Shown one piece after another: positions 37,986-47,705 of a DNA stretch of 54,958 bases (the first letter of the stretch is position 1; every line of letters starts with the position of its first letter). The translations under genes were made by a program, and so were the position numbers. The DNA is from a virus (taxonomy: Duplodnaviria > Caudoviricetes): positions 1-54,958 of the IMG/VR virus record IMGVR_UViG_3300020214_002535; one strand, 5' to 3'. The notes beneath the pieces are model-generated. The model was given only the letters and a program-made list of their open reading frames with translations, had not been told where the DNA came from and made no database searches.

Positions 37986-39173
37986 ATGAAAAAGTTAAAT
38001 GTTTTTATAGAAGACACAGCTTGCCGGTCGCAGGCGATGAATTTGCCATTTCATTATGCAAGAGCAAATTGCAACATTTATATGTTGAAACCAGGCGAGT
38101 TTAAAGACTCAAGAGATTGGTCAAAGACTACAATTTGGCCAAGGCTGTTATTCAAACCATCTGCAAATTCTTCAGAAAGAAATCTTTCAAACTATCGTTT
38201 GAATGAAGATGATATTCTTTATGGAGAAGACTACTTTTTAATTAATGAAAGAGATGAAATTTTAGCGACAACATATAAAGATAATGCTCACGTTACTTTG
38301 GTTTCAGAAAATGAATTAAAAACGTTAGGAAAAGAAATAGATGTTTTTCATACATCTGAATTTTGTAAGAATAACTTAAATAAGCTTTTATCATGGGGCA
38401 ATCATTGGTTACCCAATGCAAAATGGATATCTTCTTGTGTGGATCCAGGAGACGTTAACAAGGGGCATCCGGGGCCTAAACAACCAGACAACATTTGTCT
38501 AGTTGCTCCATCTCCATGTGAAAACATGTTCGATAATTCAGGAAAAAACGTGGTTCTAATGTTTAGAAATAAATTTGAATTAGAACTTATAGGAGCAAAC
38601 AAAAATTTGGAAAGAAATCAAAACGTAATTTCATCGTTTATGCATAATTTTCATGTTAGAGATCCGGGATATTATAAGCTATTTTGTGAATTGAAAGAAT
38701 ATGTAGGCAAGTTAGGTATAGAGATTACAAACTATGGTGGAAACATACGAGGCCATGGAGCAGATCTCAGATATAATAAAGGAGGAAAAGAAGGAAAAGG
38801 ACCTTCTGGTTCAAACTTTGAAACTCTTAGTATCAGAAAAAGCATCGAAAAATATTACTCTAGTAGAGCAATATTACACTTAAAGGGGCTTGATTGGGCA
38901 GGTGGAGTACCTGCTCATTCTCAAATGACTGGTACACCATTAATTACAATTTTACCATTTTTGCAAGCGTCTAATTATCTAAAAAGTTACAATCAAAGCA
39001 CTGGGACAATTATCTGCAATTCTACTCAAGAAATTTTAGAAGCAATCGTTGCTATCGTTAATAATGAACAATTATTTAAAGATCTTTCTACAAAGATGCT
39101 CAATTTAGAAGAAACATTTTTTTCTAAATCATATTGGGAAAAATGGGTTTATTTCGTGAATAATCTAAAATAA
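37986..39173 (+). CDS. Hypothetical protein, possibly a GT-B fold glycosyltransferase
   Basis: C-terminal AILHLK..DWAGG...GTPLI resembles a GT-B nucleotide-binding region; cluster context. Confidence 0.45.
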   Translation: MKKLNVFIEDTACRSQAMNLPFHYARANCNIYMLKPGEFKDSRDWSKTTIWPRLLFKPSANSSERNLSNYRLNEDDILYGEDYFLINERDEILATTYKDNAHVTLVSENELKTLGKEIDVFHTSEFCKNNLNKLLSWGNHWLPNAKWISSCVDPGDVNKGHPGPKQPDNICLVAPSPCENMFDNSGKNVVLMFRNKFELELIGANKNLERNQNVISSFMHNFHVRDPGYYKLFCELKEYVGKLGIEITNYGGNIRGHGADLRYNKGGKEGKGPSGSNFETLSIRKSIEKYYSSRAILHLKGLDWAGGVPAHSQMTGTPLITILPFLQASNYLKSYNQSTGTIICNSTQEILEAIVAIVNNEQLFKDLSTKMLNLEETFFSKSYWEKWVYFVNNLK

Positions 39174-39191
39174 ACAAAGGAACAAATATTA

Positions 39192-39801
39192 ATGTCATTT
39201 CCGTACACAAAATATGAATACAAAAGTTATGATGAGTATATTTCTGCACAATTATCCTATGAACTTACGAAAGATCGAACAAAAAGCAGACCATTTCTTC
39301 AATACGTCGAAGAAATAAAAAAAATTTTTTGAATGCAAAAAAATTATCTGCGCCGGGGCAAGAGACATCAGCGAAGTAAACACATTAAGAATTGCAGGAT
39401 ATGACGCAATAGGAATAGATTTATTTTCTTCGAATCAAGATGTTATAAAGATTTTAGACATGCACAATCTTGAAGAAAACTTTGAAGAAAACGAATTTAA
39501 CATAGTATATGCATGCCACTCTTTAGAGCATTCATATAATCCAGAAAAAGTTTTAAATGGATTTAAAAAAATATCAAAATTAGGCGCATTTATAATACTA
39601 CCATTTTTAAAAAATGAGCATTTAAAAGATCCTATTTCGTTTAGATTTATGAAAGAATATAATACTAATTTAGAATCTATGATTAGCTTAATTGAAGAAG
39701 ATTTTGAAAAATTAGGATGTACATGCAAGGTTACAGATTTAAAAATAAATCCATTGCAAAATAATGTAGATGGATATTGGATATCACTTTATTGGAAATA
39801 G
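39192..39801 (+). pseudogene. Class I SAM methyltransferase split by a frameshift
   Basis: ATG 39192 reads MSFPYTKYEYKSYDEYISAQ...EEIKKIF to TGA 39330-39332. The +1 frame continues IICAGARDISEV...GYDAIGIDL...LDMHNL...YACHSLEHSYNP to TAG 39801. Confidence 0.8.
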
Positions 39802-39803
39802 AC

Positions 39804-40136
39804 ATGAATAAAAGATACGTTTTTGATATAGATGGGACGATATGCACCCCTTGCCCAGGAAAATATCTTGAAGCGAAACCATACGAAGATAGAATAAAAA
39901 AAGTTAATTCTTTATTTGACCAAGGTAATCATATAGTTTTTTTTACGTCAAGAGGAATGACAGGTGCTAATGGAAACGTATCATTATGTTATGAACGCTA
40001 TTACGATATTACTAAAAGACAATTAATCGAATGGGGTGTAAAATATCATCAATTGATAATGGGAAAACCTGCTGCTGAATTTTATGTCGATGATCATGCT
40101 TGGAACGATAAAGATTTTTTTGAGGAAAAAACATGA
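39804..40136 (+). CDS. Small capless HAD phosphatase (capsule-biosynthesis phosphatase-like)
   Basis: YVFDIDGTIC, FFTSRG, MGKP...YVDD; probable start MNKRY at 39804. Confidence 0.85.
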   Translation: MNKRYVFDIDGTICTPCPGKYLEAKPYEDRIKKVNSLFDQGNHIVFFTSRGMTGANGNVSLCYERYYDITKRQLIEWGVKYHQLIMGKPAAEFYVDDHAWNDKDFFEEKT

Positions 40137-41041
40137 ATATCACTATTGCAATTACGACATTCAACCGTTTGAAATACACCAAGTCTCTTTTTGAAAGTAT
40201 TAAAGAACTTGCTGGAGACAATCAAATTATTGCTGTCGATAATTGCAGCATAGAAAACGGATTAAAAGATTATTTGTCATCTCAAAAAGAAAAAGGAATC
40301 ATTAATGATTTAATTTCTAGAGAACCTCAAGAAAGAAATTGGGTCAATGATGAATATATTGCAAAAAATATCGTTATTGAACGTGCTAAACATGACGTAA
40401 TCTTATTTCTTCAAGATGATTTGCAATTTATTACGAAAAGAGAAGTTTTAGAAAAAACGGTCGAAGATTTTCGTAATTACGATGAAATGATTTCTTTAGA
40501 AATTAATGCAGTAAGAAAATCGACCATTTATAATAAATTTAATCCTAACTTTACTTTAAATAAAAACTATAGATACTATCGTCCGACAGATAATCATTTT
40601 CCAACGATGGGTCTTTTTAAAAAGCAAATTTTTGATACGTTTGGAACATATCCAGTAACGTGGCCACAAACTCAAGAGTTTTGGGGTAGATCAGAAGATT
40701 GGTATGATTCTCATTTAAAATCTAATCTTCCTCAAAGGCAGTTAAATTACTGTTCATGGGTCCCATTATTTGCTCCAGTATGGAATGATCCTCGCGGTGG
40801 ATACGCATTTATTAGAGGAGATAAAAGATATGGGTATTATACAGATGCCCCATCATCATCCGTAGAGTATTATGAAAAAATATCGATTCAAGAGTATTCT
40901 CAAAAACAACATTCTCAAATTCCGCTAAGTTTTGTTGATGTATGTCGACCAATCGGATGGTCATATCAAGTAGTTAATGGTGATCAAACAAAATATCCAC
41001 AAAGTAAAGTATTATTAGAAGGGCCAGTATCCGATTTATGA
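40133..41041 (+). CDS. GT2 glycosyltransferase
   Basis: IAITTFNR, AVDNCS, FLQDD, SED. Confidence 0.8.
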   Translation: MNITIAITTFNRLKYTKSLFESIKELAGDNQIIAVDNCSIENGLKDYLSSQKEKGIINDLISREPQERNWVNDEYIAKNIVIERAKHDVILFLQDDLQFITKREVLEKTVEDFRNYDEMISLEINAVRKSTIYNKFNPNFTLNKNYRYYRPTDNHFPTMGLFKKQIFDTFGTYPVTWPQTQEFWGRSEDWYDSHLKSNLPQRQLNYCSWVPLFAPVWNDPRGGYAFIRGDKRYGYYTDAPSSSVEYYEKISIQEYSQKQHSQIPLSFVDVCRPIGWSYQVVNGDQTKYPQSKVLLEGPVSDL

Positions 41042-42021
41042 AAATTAGCGTTGTCGGTTGCGGAAGCATGGGAAAAAACCATGCTAGAGTCTTAAAGTCT
41101 CTCGGCGTCTTAGACTACATAGTCGAGTCTTCGCAAGAAACTAGAAAAGTGTTGTGTTCTCTAGGCTACGATGAAAACAAAATCATAAGTTCGATTGATG
41201 ATACAGACAGCGACGCATACATCATTGCAACGCCGTCTAGCAATCATGTTGAAATAGCGCTTAAATTGACACAAAGAAAAAAGCATCTATTGATAGAAAA
41301 GCCTGCAGCTCCATCCGCCAGAGAAATTCAGGGTTTAAAAGAAGAATCAGAAAAGTTCGGTACAATAGTGCGGGTCGGCCACATAGAACAATTCAACCCT
41401 ACGATTAGACATTTAAAAAAATCGATTAATAAAAAGCTAGTAAACCTATGCCAATTTTATCGATATTCACCTAGACCTTGCAGAATTAACGACACCAACG
41501 TTTGGATTGACATCGGCGTCCATGATGTAGACTTAATGATTAGTTTGTTCGGCATGCCGACCACGGTAAATTCTAATGCGCTGATTGATGACAAAGGAGT
41601 TATTACGTCAATGCATTCAGCTTTCGAGTTTATAAACGACGAAAGAAATGTTTTATGCATGATAAACACAAGTTGGTTGTCTTCATCCAAAAAGAGGCAG
41701 ATACATTTCTATTTGGATCGTGACGAGAGCAACGATGCAAAAGTTATTCATGCAGATTTGTTAGAACAAATGATAGAAGAAATTAAAGAAACTAGAATCG
41801 TAAAGAAACCAGATGACCATTTCTCACCAAATATTATAGATTCTACGACTATTACTAGATTAACCAAAGAAGAACCTTTGTTACTGGAAAGTCAATCATT
41901 CATTTCTTCCCTTCAAGGAGCAATCAACGAAGGAACTACGTTAAGCGATGCTTTAAACGTGGCTAAAGTTTTGGAAGCTTCGTTAGAATCGCTACGACAA
42001 AAGAAAACGATTAAAATATGA
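41038..42021 (+). CDS. Gfo/Idh/MocA oxidoreductase (WbpB/WlbA-like)
   Basis: VVGCGSMGKNHARV, IATP, LIEKP, VGHIEQFNP, DIGVHDVD. Confidence 0.9.
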   Translation: MKISVVGCGSMGKNHARVLKSLGVLDYIVESSQETRKVLCSLGYDENKIISSIDDTDSDAYIIATPSSNHVEIALKLTQRKKHLLIEKPAAPSAREIQGLKEESEKFGTIVRVGHIEQFNPTIRHLKKSINKKLVNLCQFYRYSPRPCRINDTNVWIDIGVHDVDLMISLFGMPTTVNSNALIDDKGVITSMHSAFEFINDERNVLCMINTSWLSSSKKRQIHFYLDRDESNDAKVIHADLLEQMIEEIKETRIVKKPDDHFSPNIIDSTTITRLTKEEPLLLESQSFISSLQGAINEGTTLSDALNVAKVLEASLESLRQKKTIKI

Positions 42022-43130
42022 AAAAGAATATTTTAATTACGACTGTTGGAGCCCCTGGGTTCGACTGTATCTTTTCTTCAATAAAAGAGTGGTCAAAAGA
42101 ATCCAAAATCGATTTATGTGTAATCGGGATTGATGCAGACGAAAACGCGTTAGGTAAACATTTCGTTGATGTTTGGTACAAAGTACCACGAGCTGATGAA
42201 AACTACTTAGGATTAAAAACAGAAATAAGTGCCATCATCGAAAAGCATCAAATCGACCTGATTATTCCGATTGGAGATGTAGAGCTTGAAATCTTAGAAG
42301 AACTAAAGCTAAATGAAACATTATCTTCATTCCCATCGGGCGAATACAAAATTAAGAGCATACAGGACAAACTTTCGTTATACGCTATTCTAGCAAATAA
42401 TTCATCGTTAAAATCAGCTATACCAAGATTTAAGCAACCTAAAAATTATGACGAAATACAACAATTTATTTTCGACGAACTAAAACTAAATGGTGCAGCT
42501 TGTGCTAAGCCTAAACTTACGTCTGGTACTCGTGGAGTACTAAAGATAATTGAAAACGAAGATTTAGATTTAGAAAAAATCAAAAATTCAAAATTCAGTT
42601 TGATAGAAGCAAATGTCTCAAGGTTTTTAAATTCATGCAAAAGCTATCTACAAACTAATGCAGTGTTCGATTACGTTTTATGTGAGTATTTGCCTGGCGT
42701 AGAATACAGCGTAGATCTTTACGTTTCTGCTGCTGGCAATTTCCAAATAGCTGTTTCCAGAAAAAGAAAAAAAATCACTTCTGGAATTTGTACGGAAGCT
42801 GTCATCGAAGACCCAACTAATTTAAAAGAGTTGTCAATAAAAATTGCGAAACATCTTCGATTGACAGGAAACGTTAACATGCAATTCAAACAAAGCTCTA
42901 TCGGAGAATTTAAGTTATTAGAAATTAATCCGCGCTTATCCGGTGCCGTGGCAGGTTGTAAAGCCGCAGAAATAGATTTTGTTAAGTTAATGTTAGCTGA
43001 TAAGTTAATCAATATTCATTTTAATGAAAAAGAATTACGAAACAAAATACTAGAAGCAGAGCTAAACAGGCATGTCATGAAGCGTACTTACAAAGAATAT
43101 TTCATTGTAAAAAATGATATAAAAGTGTAG
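42018..43130 (+). CDS. ATP-grasp ligase
   Basis: ILITTVG, DK, KP..TSGTRG, EYLPGVEYSVD, NMQFK, LLEINPRLSG. Confidence 0.88.
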   Translation: MKKNILITTVGAPGFDCIFSSIKEWSKESKIDLCVIGIDADENALGKHFVDVWYKVPRADENYLGLKTEISAIIEKHQIDLIIPIGDVELEILEELKLNETLSSFPSGEYKIKSIQDKLSLYAILANNSSLKSAIPRFKQPKNYDEIQQFIFDELKLNGAACAKPKLTSGTRGVLKIIENEDLDLEKIKNSKFSLIEANVSRFLNSCKSYLQTNAVFDYVLCEYLPGVEYSVDLYVSAAGNFQIAVSRKRKKITSGICTEAVIEDPTNLKELSIKIAKHLRLTGNVNMQFKQSSIGEFKLLEINPRLSGAVAGCKAAEIDFVKLMLADKLINIHFNEKELRNKILEAELNRHVMKRTYKEYFIVKNDIKV

Positions 43131-43140
43131 TGTAAATTAC

Positions 43141-43752
43141 ATGTCTTTTAAGTTATCTCATTACAAGGATACGCTTTTAGCTTATAAAAAAGCTGGATAT
43201 GATATAAAAAATTCATGCATGAATAATCATGCTAAAAAAGATTTACAATTGACCCATGACATAGACTTCAATCCATCTTTAGCTTTGAAGCTAGCTAAAA
43301 TAGAAAATGATGTCTCTGCAGTTTCGTCTTACTTCTTTAGATTAAAAGCCACCAGTTACAATCTTTTTTCTTTCAACACGATTCAAGTCATTAAAGAACT
43401 AATATCATTAGGACATAACGTCGGATTGCATTATGAGCAAACGCATCTTGAAGTGAGTGTAGAATTTGATGTTGAAAAAGCAACCAGAATAATGTCAGAA
43501 ATGTTATTCATGGACATAAACTTTTTTAATATTCATGAACCCGCCAGAACTGGATTGGACATATCAAAAATCTTACCAGAAAAAAACAGAAGCTATAATT
43601 CCAGCTTTTTTGAAGGATACAAGTACCTTTCAGACTCAGGCGGCAGATGGAGAGAAGGTTGCTTCTCGAAGCACATAAACAAGCATGATAAACTGTTGGT
43701 ATTAACTCATCCTTTATGGTGGTATGAAAACAGCCCAATAGAAAATTATTGA
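43141..43752 (+). CDS. Polysaccharide deacetylase-fold protein (WbmS-like)
   Basis: THDIDF, GHNVGLHY, IHEP, YLSDSGGRW, LTHPLWW. Confidence 0.7.
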   Translation: MSFKLSHYKDTLLAYKKAGYDIKNSCMNNHAKKDLQLTHDIDFNPSLALKLAKIENDVSAVSSYFFRLKATSYNLFSFNTIQVIKELISLGHNVGLHYEQTHLEVSVEFDVEKATRIMSEMLFMDINFFNIHEPARTGLDISKILPEKNRSYNSSFFEGYKYLSDSGGRWREGCFSKHINKHDKLLVLTHPLWWYENSPIENY

Positions 43753-43799
43753 TGTGATATACTACATCTAAAATTAAGTGTATTTTGGAGATAATTTTT

Positions 43800-44648
43800 A
43801 TGCCTCAAATTATTAGAAAAATTTTTGAAGATGAATTCACGTCAAGGATGAACGTTCAAGATTCAATCGCTGTAACTAGCGGAACATCGGCATTAATCGC
43901 AGCGTTATGGTCTTTAAATCTAAAACCAGGTGATGAAGTCATTACGACGCCATTTACTTTCATTGCAACAACCAATGCAATATTGATTGCCGGAGCTACG
44001 CCTGTTTTCGTTGACATTCATCCAAACAGTAAGCTTATTGATGAAACAAAAATTGAGAAAGCAATAACCCCAAGAACAAAAGCAATAATTCCAGTCCATC
44101 TATATGGAAGAATTTGTAATATGTCTGTAATTATGGATATTGCGCGGAGACACAATTTAATTGTTATTGAAGATAATGCGCAAGGCTTCGGCGCAAGAAC
44201 TGATTTTAGACATGATGTTGCAAACTCTATGTCTCCTTGTTTAGAAGGGAATAGTCTAGCAGGAACAATTGGAGACGTTGGTTGCTTTTCTTTTTATAAG
44301 ACAAAAAATCTATCCACATTTGAAGGTGGAATGATAACAATTAATAAAAATTCTAGAGCTAATGGTGCTGCTATTCGAGCGATTTGTGACCAAGGACAAA
44401 CGGCAAAATATCATCATGAATATGTTGGGTTTAATTTTAGATTAGCAGAACCGCTTTGTTTGATAGGGTTAGAGAGACTAAAACTTCATGAAGTTGGAAA
44501 CCTAGCAGAACTTGGATTCAGAGATGAATCAAAGGGACATTACCCAAATGTTGTATATGAACAACCAATTTATAAGCAAAGAGGAATAACAGGAAATTGT
44601 CCTAATGCCGAGGAAGCAGCCAGAAAAATAAGAGAAAACTCAAAATGA
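43800..44648 (+). CDS. Short DegT-family PLP aminotransferase
   Basis: SGTSAL, GDEVITTPFTFIAT, PVHLYG, EDNAQG, SFYKTKNL..EGGM; ATG 43800 follows GGAG. Confidence 0.88.
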   Translation: MPQIIRKIFEDEFTSRMNVQDSIAVTSGTSALIAALWSLNLKPGDEVITTPFTFIATTNAILIAGATPVFVDIHPNSKLIDETKIEKAITPRTKAIIPVHLYGRICNMSVIMDIARRHNLIVIEDNAQGFGARTDFRHDVANSMSPCLEGNSLAGTIGDVGCFSFYKTKNLSTFEGGMITINKNSRANGAAIRAICDQGQTAKYHHEYVGFNFRLAEPLCLIGLERLKLHEVGNLAELGFRDESKGHYPNVVYEQPIYKQRGITGNCPNAEEAARKIRENSK

Positions 44649-45595
44649 AATTGTATGTTATTTTTCCGGAAAATGTTGATGACTTCATGCCAGTCAATGA
44701 CCAACTAATTCCAGCAAAAATATTTAATTCTTTAGGTGCAATCGTAAGTAAGCAAGAAGCTTTTTTTTCTTCCATCGCTTCAAATGTAAAAAAGGAAGAC
44801 TACATTCTTGTTTATCCAACTCTTCATAAAAAATGGAGAGAGCAATTTAAAAAAATAAATTGCACAAAAATATTACGAAATATCGATCCAGCTAAATCTG
44901 ATGGAATTTTATATAGAACTGATTTAGAACTACATGAAGAAATAGGAGGATTTGATAGATGGTTTGTCGGCGTTCCATCTGAAAAAAATCTTAACTTCTT
45001 AAGAAACAAAGGATTAAGAGTCGACCCCTTTACTCATTGTTTAGATTTTAATGGAATGATATCTCCTGATGAAGCTAGACAAACAAAAAATTATGATGTT
45101 ATTTTAAGCGGTCAACAACATGAAAAATTTTATCCTGATCGATGGAGATTAATGAACTATTTTCTAGGTGGACAAAAAAAATATAAAACATTATTTTTGC
45201 CCCACCCTGGGTTTGAAATTTCCAAACGACGTCATGAATATATTGGAGAAAATTACGTAAAATTATTACATAATTTTTGGGCCGGGCCCGTAGGGGTTGG
45301 ACATGCGGATGGTTTACATATGAAATTTTTAGAAATGGCTAAGGCGTATGTTTTACCCCTAGGTTCGGTTCCAACTTATATGATTGTTGAAGCAGCAAAA
45401 GAAATTTGTCAAGTTGGCATGTCTGAAACAGATGAGCAAATGGAAAAAATTATTAGTGACTTGTTTTTAGATAAAGAAGCGTTATGGCAACGAATAGTGA
45501 GTTATTCAAGCATAATCAAGAGTCACTATGATGCCAACATGGTAATAAAAGAAATTTATCGTTCTATTATGCAAAACAAATCAATAAAAGATTGA
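44645..45595 (+). CDS. Putative GT-B glycosyltransferase-like protein (CgeB/YkvP-like)
   Basis: YDVILSG...YP.R, HPG, MKFLEMA pattern; cluster context. Confidence 0.5.
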   Translation: MKLYVIFPENVDDFMPVNDQLIPAKIFNSLGAIVSKQEAFFSSIASNVKKEDYILVYPTLHKKWREQFKKINCTKILRNIDPAKSDGILYRTDLELHEEIGGFDRWFVGVPSEKNLNFLRNKGLRVDPFTHCLDFNGMISPDEARQTKNYDVILSGQQHEKFYPDRWRLMNYFLGGQKKYKTLFLPHPGFEISKRRHEYIGENYVKLLHNFWAGPVGVGHADGLHMKFLEMAKAYVLPLGSVPTYMIVEAAKEICQVGMSETDEQMEKIISDLFLDKEALWQRIVSYSSIIKSHYDANMVIKEIYRSIMQNKSIKD

Positions 45596-45599
45596 TTAA

Positions 45600-45836
45600 A
45601 TGCAACTAACACAACAAAAAATTTATTTCATAATAAATCCTAGATGGCCAGATCCACAATCACGAGGATCGTCTATAATGAGGGCTTATGTACCAACAGT
45701 TTGTCTTTCAAAGTTTATTAAGTCTTATGTTGGCAAATCGTTACCAGACGACGTGCAAAAAAATGATATAGTAATTTTTCTTAAGGATATGCATCATCCT
45801 GATTTGTTAAAAGCGAAAAGTTTAAATCGTAAATAA
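45600..45836 (+). pseudogene. Probable truncated glycosyltransferase N-terminal remnant
   Basis: GSSIMRA...DIVIFLK resembles a GT-B N-terminus but stops after 78 aa. Confidence 0.45.
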
Positions 45837-45858
45837 ATCTTAATTTAATAAAGGAAAA

Positions 45859-46821
45859 ATGAAAAAAAAATCAATAGCAGTGATTGGGCAAGGCTTCGTA
45901 GGCGGTTCACTTACAACAGTTTTTTCAGAGCGTGGATTCGATGTCTATGCTTACGACAAGGCGGGAAAGTATGCAAAAGGATCTCTACCTAGCCATGGAG
46001 ATCCAGTTGCTGGATACCCCGGATCCATTGCAGAATTAATTCATGATAATGAGGAAGGTGGAACACTTGGATTTTCTAAGGTTTATTTTGTATGCCTTCC
46101 TACGCCAATGTATGATGATGGATCTGCAGACTTATCCATCGTCGATGGCGCATTAACAGAACTTTCATTAGTTTCAGGAGAGAGAATTGCTGTCGTTAAA
46201 TCAACAGTTCCGCCTGGGTCTGTCGAGATGTGGAATAAGAAGTTTGCTGAGACAGGATTACGCGTCATCTTTAATCCTGAGTTCTTAACGGAGGCAAACG
46301 CTGTCGATGATATGCGAAATCAAAACAGAATCATTCTTGGTGGACCTCGACCATGGATCAATAAGGTGAAGCAAGTTTTTGAAGCTGCATTTCCAAACGT
46401 GCCAATCATCAAGACATCAAGCACGACTGCTGAAATGGTGAAGTATGTGACCAACATCCACCTTGCCGTGAAGGTTGCACTAGCAAATGAGTTCTATCAA
46501 ATCTGCCAAGCCTTAGATTCCAAAGGGGCAAACATTGATTATGATAAAGTCATAGAATATGCTACACTCGACAAGCGGTTAGGCAGCTCACACTGGAAGG
46601 TCCCTGGACCAATGCCTGCAGATGACACAGGTGAACCTGCTTTTGGTTTTGGAGGAAGCTGTTTCGTTAAGGATATTAATGCATTAATTAGCATCGCAAA
46701 AACTCTTGGAATTGATCCGAAGGTAATGAATGGTGCATGGCACAAGAACATGGAAGTCAGACCACAAAGAGATTGGGAAAAGCTTGTAGGCAGAGCAATT
46801 TCAAAGAAACCAAAAGATTGA
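45859..46821 (+). CDS. UDP-glucose/GDP-mannose dehydrogenase family protein lacking the C-terminal domain
   Basis: IGQGFVG, VCLPTP, KSTVPPG, FNPEFL, AEMVKY, GFGGSCFVKD (catalytic Cys). Confidence 0.92.
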   Translation: MKKKSIAVIGQGFVGGSLTTVFSERGFDVYAYDKAGKYAKGSLPSHGDPVAGYPGSIAELIHDNEEGGTLGFSKVYFVCLPTPMYDDGSADLSIVDGALTELSLVSGERIAVVKSTVPPGSVEMWNKKFAETGLRVIFNPEFLTEANAVDDMRNQNRIILGGPRPWINKVKQVFEAAFPNVPIIKTSSTTAEMVKYVTNIHLAVKVALANEFYQICQALDSKGANIDYDKVIEYATLDKRLGSSHWKVPGPMPADDTGEPAFGFGGSCFVKDINALISIAKTLGIDPKVMNGAWHKNMEVRPQRDWEKLVGRAISKKPKD

Positions 46822-46847
46822 ACTAACAATTAAGAGGGCGTTACTAT
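46818..46847 (+). promoter_or_regulatory. Putative sigma70-like promoter giving a leaderless transcript
   Basis: TTGAAC-N18-TACTAT, ending 6 nt before ATG 46854. Confidence 0.5.
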
Positions 46848-46853
46848 TAAATA

Positions 46854-47672
46854 ATGCAAGAAGTAACACCTTCATTTGAGGTACTGCCGACGGGAAAACA
46901 ACACATTTCATTTTCAGAAGTTAAACTCTGGAAAGAGTGTTCGTATCGTCACAATTTAGTTCATATTAAAAAAGTTGATCTTTCGAAACCATCTCCTGTA
47001 TTAGACTTTGGTACTGCTGTTCACGCTTCATGTGAGCACTACCTACTGACTCGCGAGATGAAACCCGAAATTGCTTTCGAGCATATGGAGAAAGCCTGGG
47101 CGCAGCACGAAGGGAATCCAGACTTTTCTCCAATGTCTCTTGCAAAAGCTAAGTCAGAAGCTGAGGCTATTCTTGTAGAAGTTCCTAAGTTTTTTGATGA
47201 AACATTCCCTGAGTGGGAAGTTGTTGACGCAGAGCATCAACTTTATGAAGCTGTTGAAAATCATCCTCATGCTTTTAAGGGTTTTATTGACGGCATAATC
47301 AAATGCAAAGGAAAAAAAGGAGAAACTTTGTATTGGATTTTAGACCATAAGACAACGGCACGCGGATGGTTTAGAGAAAAGCGTAGTGATGATATGGTGA
47401 AAGCCCAATTGGCTCTTTATAAGAACTATTGGTGTCAAAAAAATCCGACAGTTCCTATGAAAGACGTCCGCTGCGGTTTCGTTCTACTAAAGAAATCAGC
47501 AAAGTCTGGCAATCACTGTGAGCTATTCTCTGTCTCACTAGGTGAGGTGCCAATCAAACGATCTCTTAAAGTTGTTAGTAACATGTTGACATCAGTAAAG
47601 AGAGGAATCGCATTAAAAAATCGAGATGCATGTACTTGGTGTGAATATAAAAACACCGAACACTGCACTTAA
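46854..47672 (+). CDS. PD-(D/E)XK nuclease, Cas4/AddB-like with a predicted Fe-S staple
   Basis: HISFS, C, FGTAVH, AE, GFIDG, ILDHKT, QLALY, CTWCEY....HC. Confidence 0.88.
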   Translation: MQEVTPSFEVLPTGKQHISFSEVKLWKECSYRHNLVHIKKVDLSKPSPVLDFGTAVHASCEHYLLTREMKPEIAFEHMEKAWAQHEGNPDFSPMSLAKAKSEAEAILVEVPKFFDETFPEWEVVDAEHQLYEAVENHPHAFKGFIDGIIKCKGKKGETLYWILDHKTTARGWFREKRSDDMVKAQLALYKNYWCQKNPTVPMKDVRCGFVLLKKSAKSGNHCELFSVSLGEVPIKRSLKVVSNMLTSVKRGIALKNRDACTWCEYKNTEHCT

Positions 47673-47676
47673 AAAT

Positions 47677-47705
47677 ATTACAAACTTTTTAAAAGTTAGT
47701 AATAT
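47677..47705 (+). promoter_or_regulatory. Putative promoter with a palindromic spacer
   Basis: ATTACA-N17-TAATAT, 6 nt before ATG 47712; the spacer holds AACTTTT-T-AAAAGTT. Confidence 0.4.

Noticed and set aside
39460-39801. 113-aa ORF as an independent gene
   Set aside because: It starts downstream of the SAM-binding motif and is the distal part of the frameshifted gene from 39192
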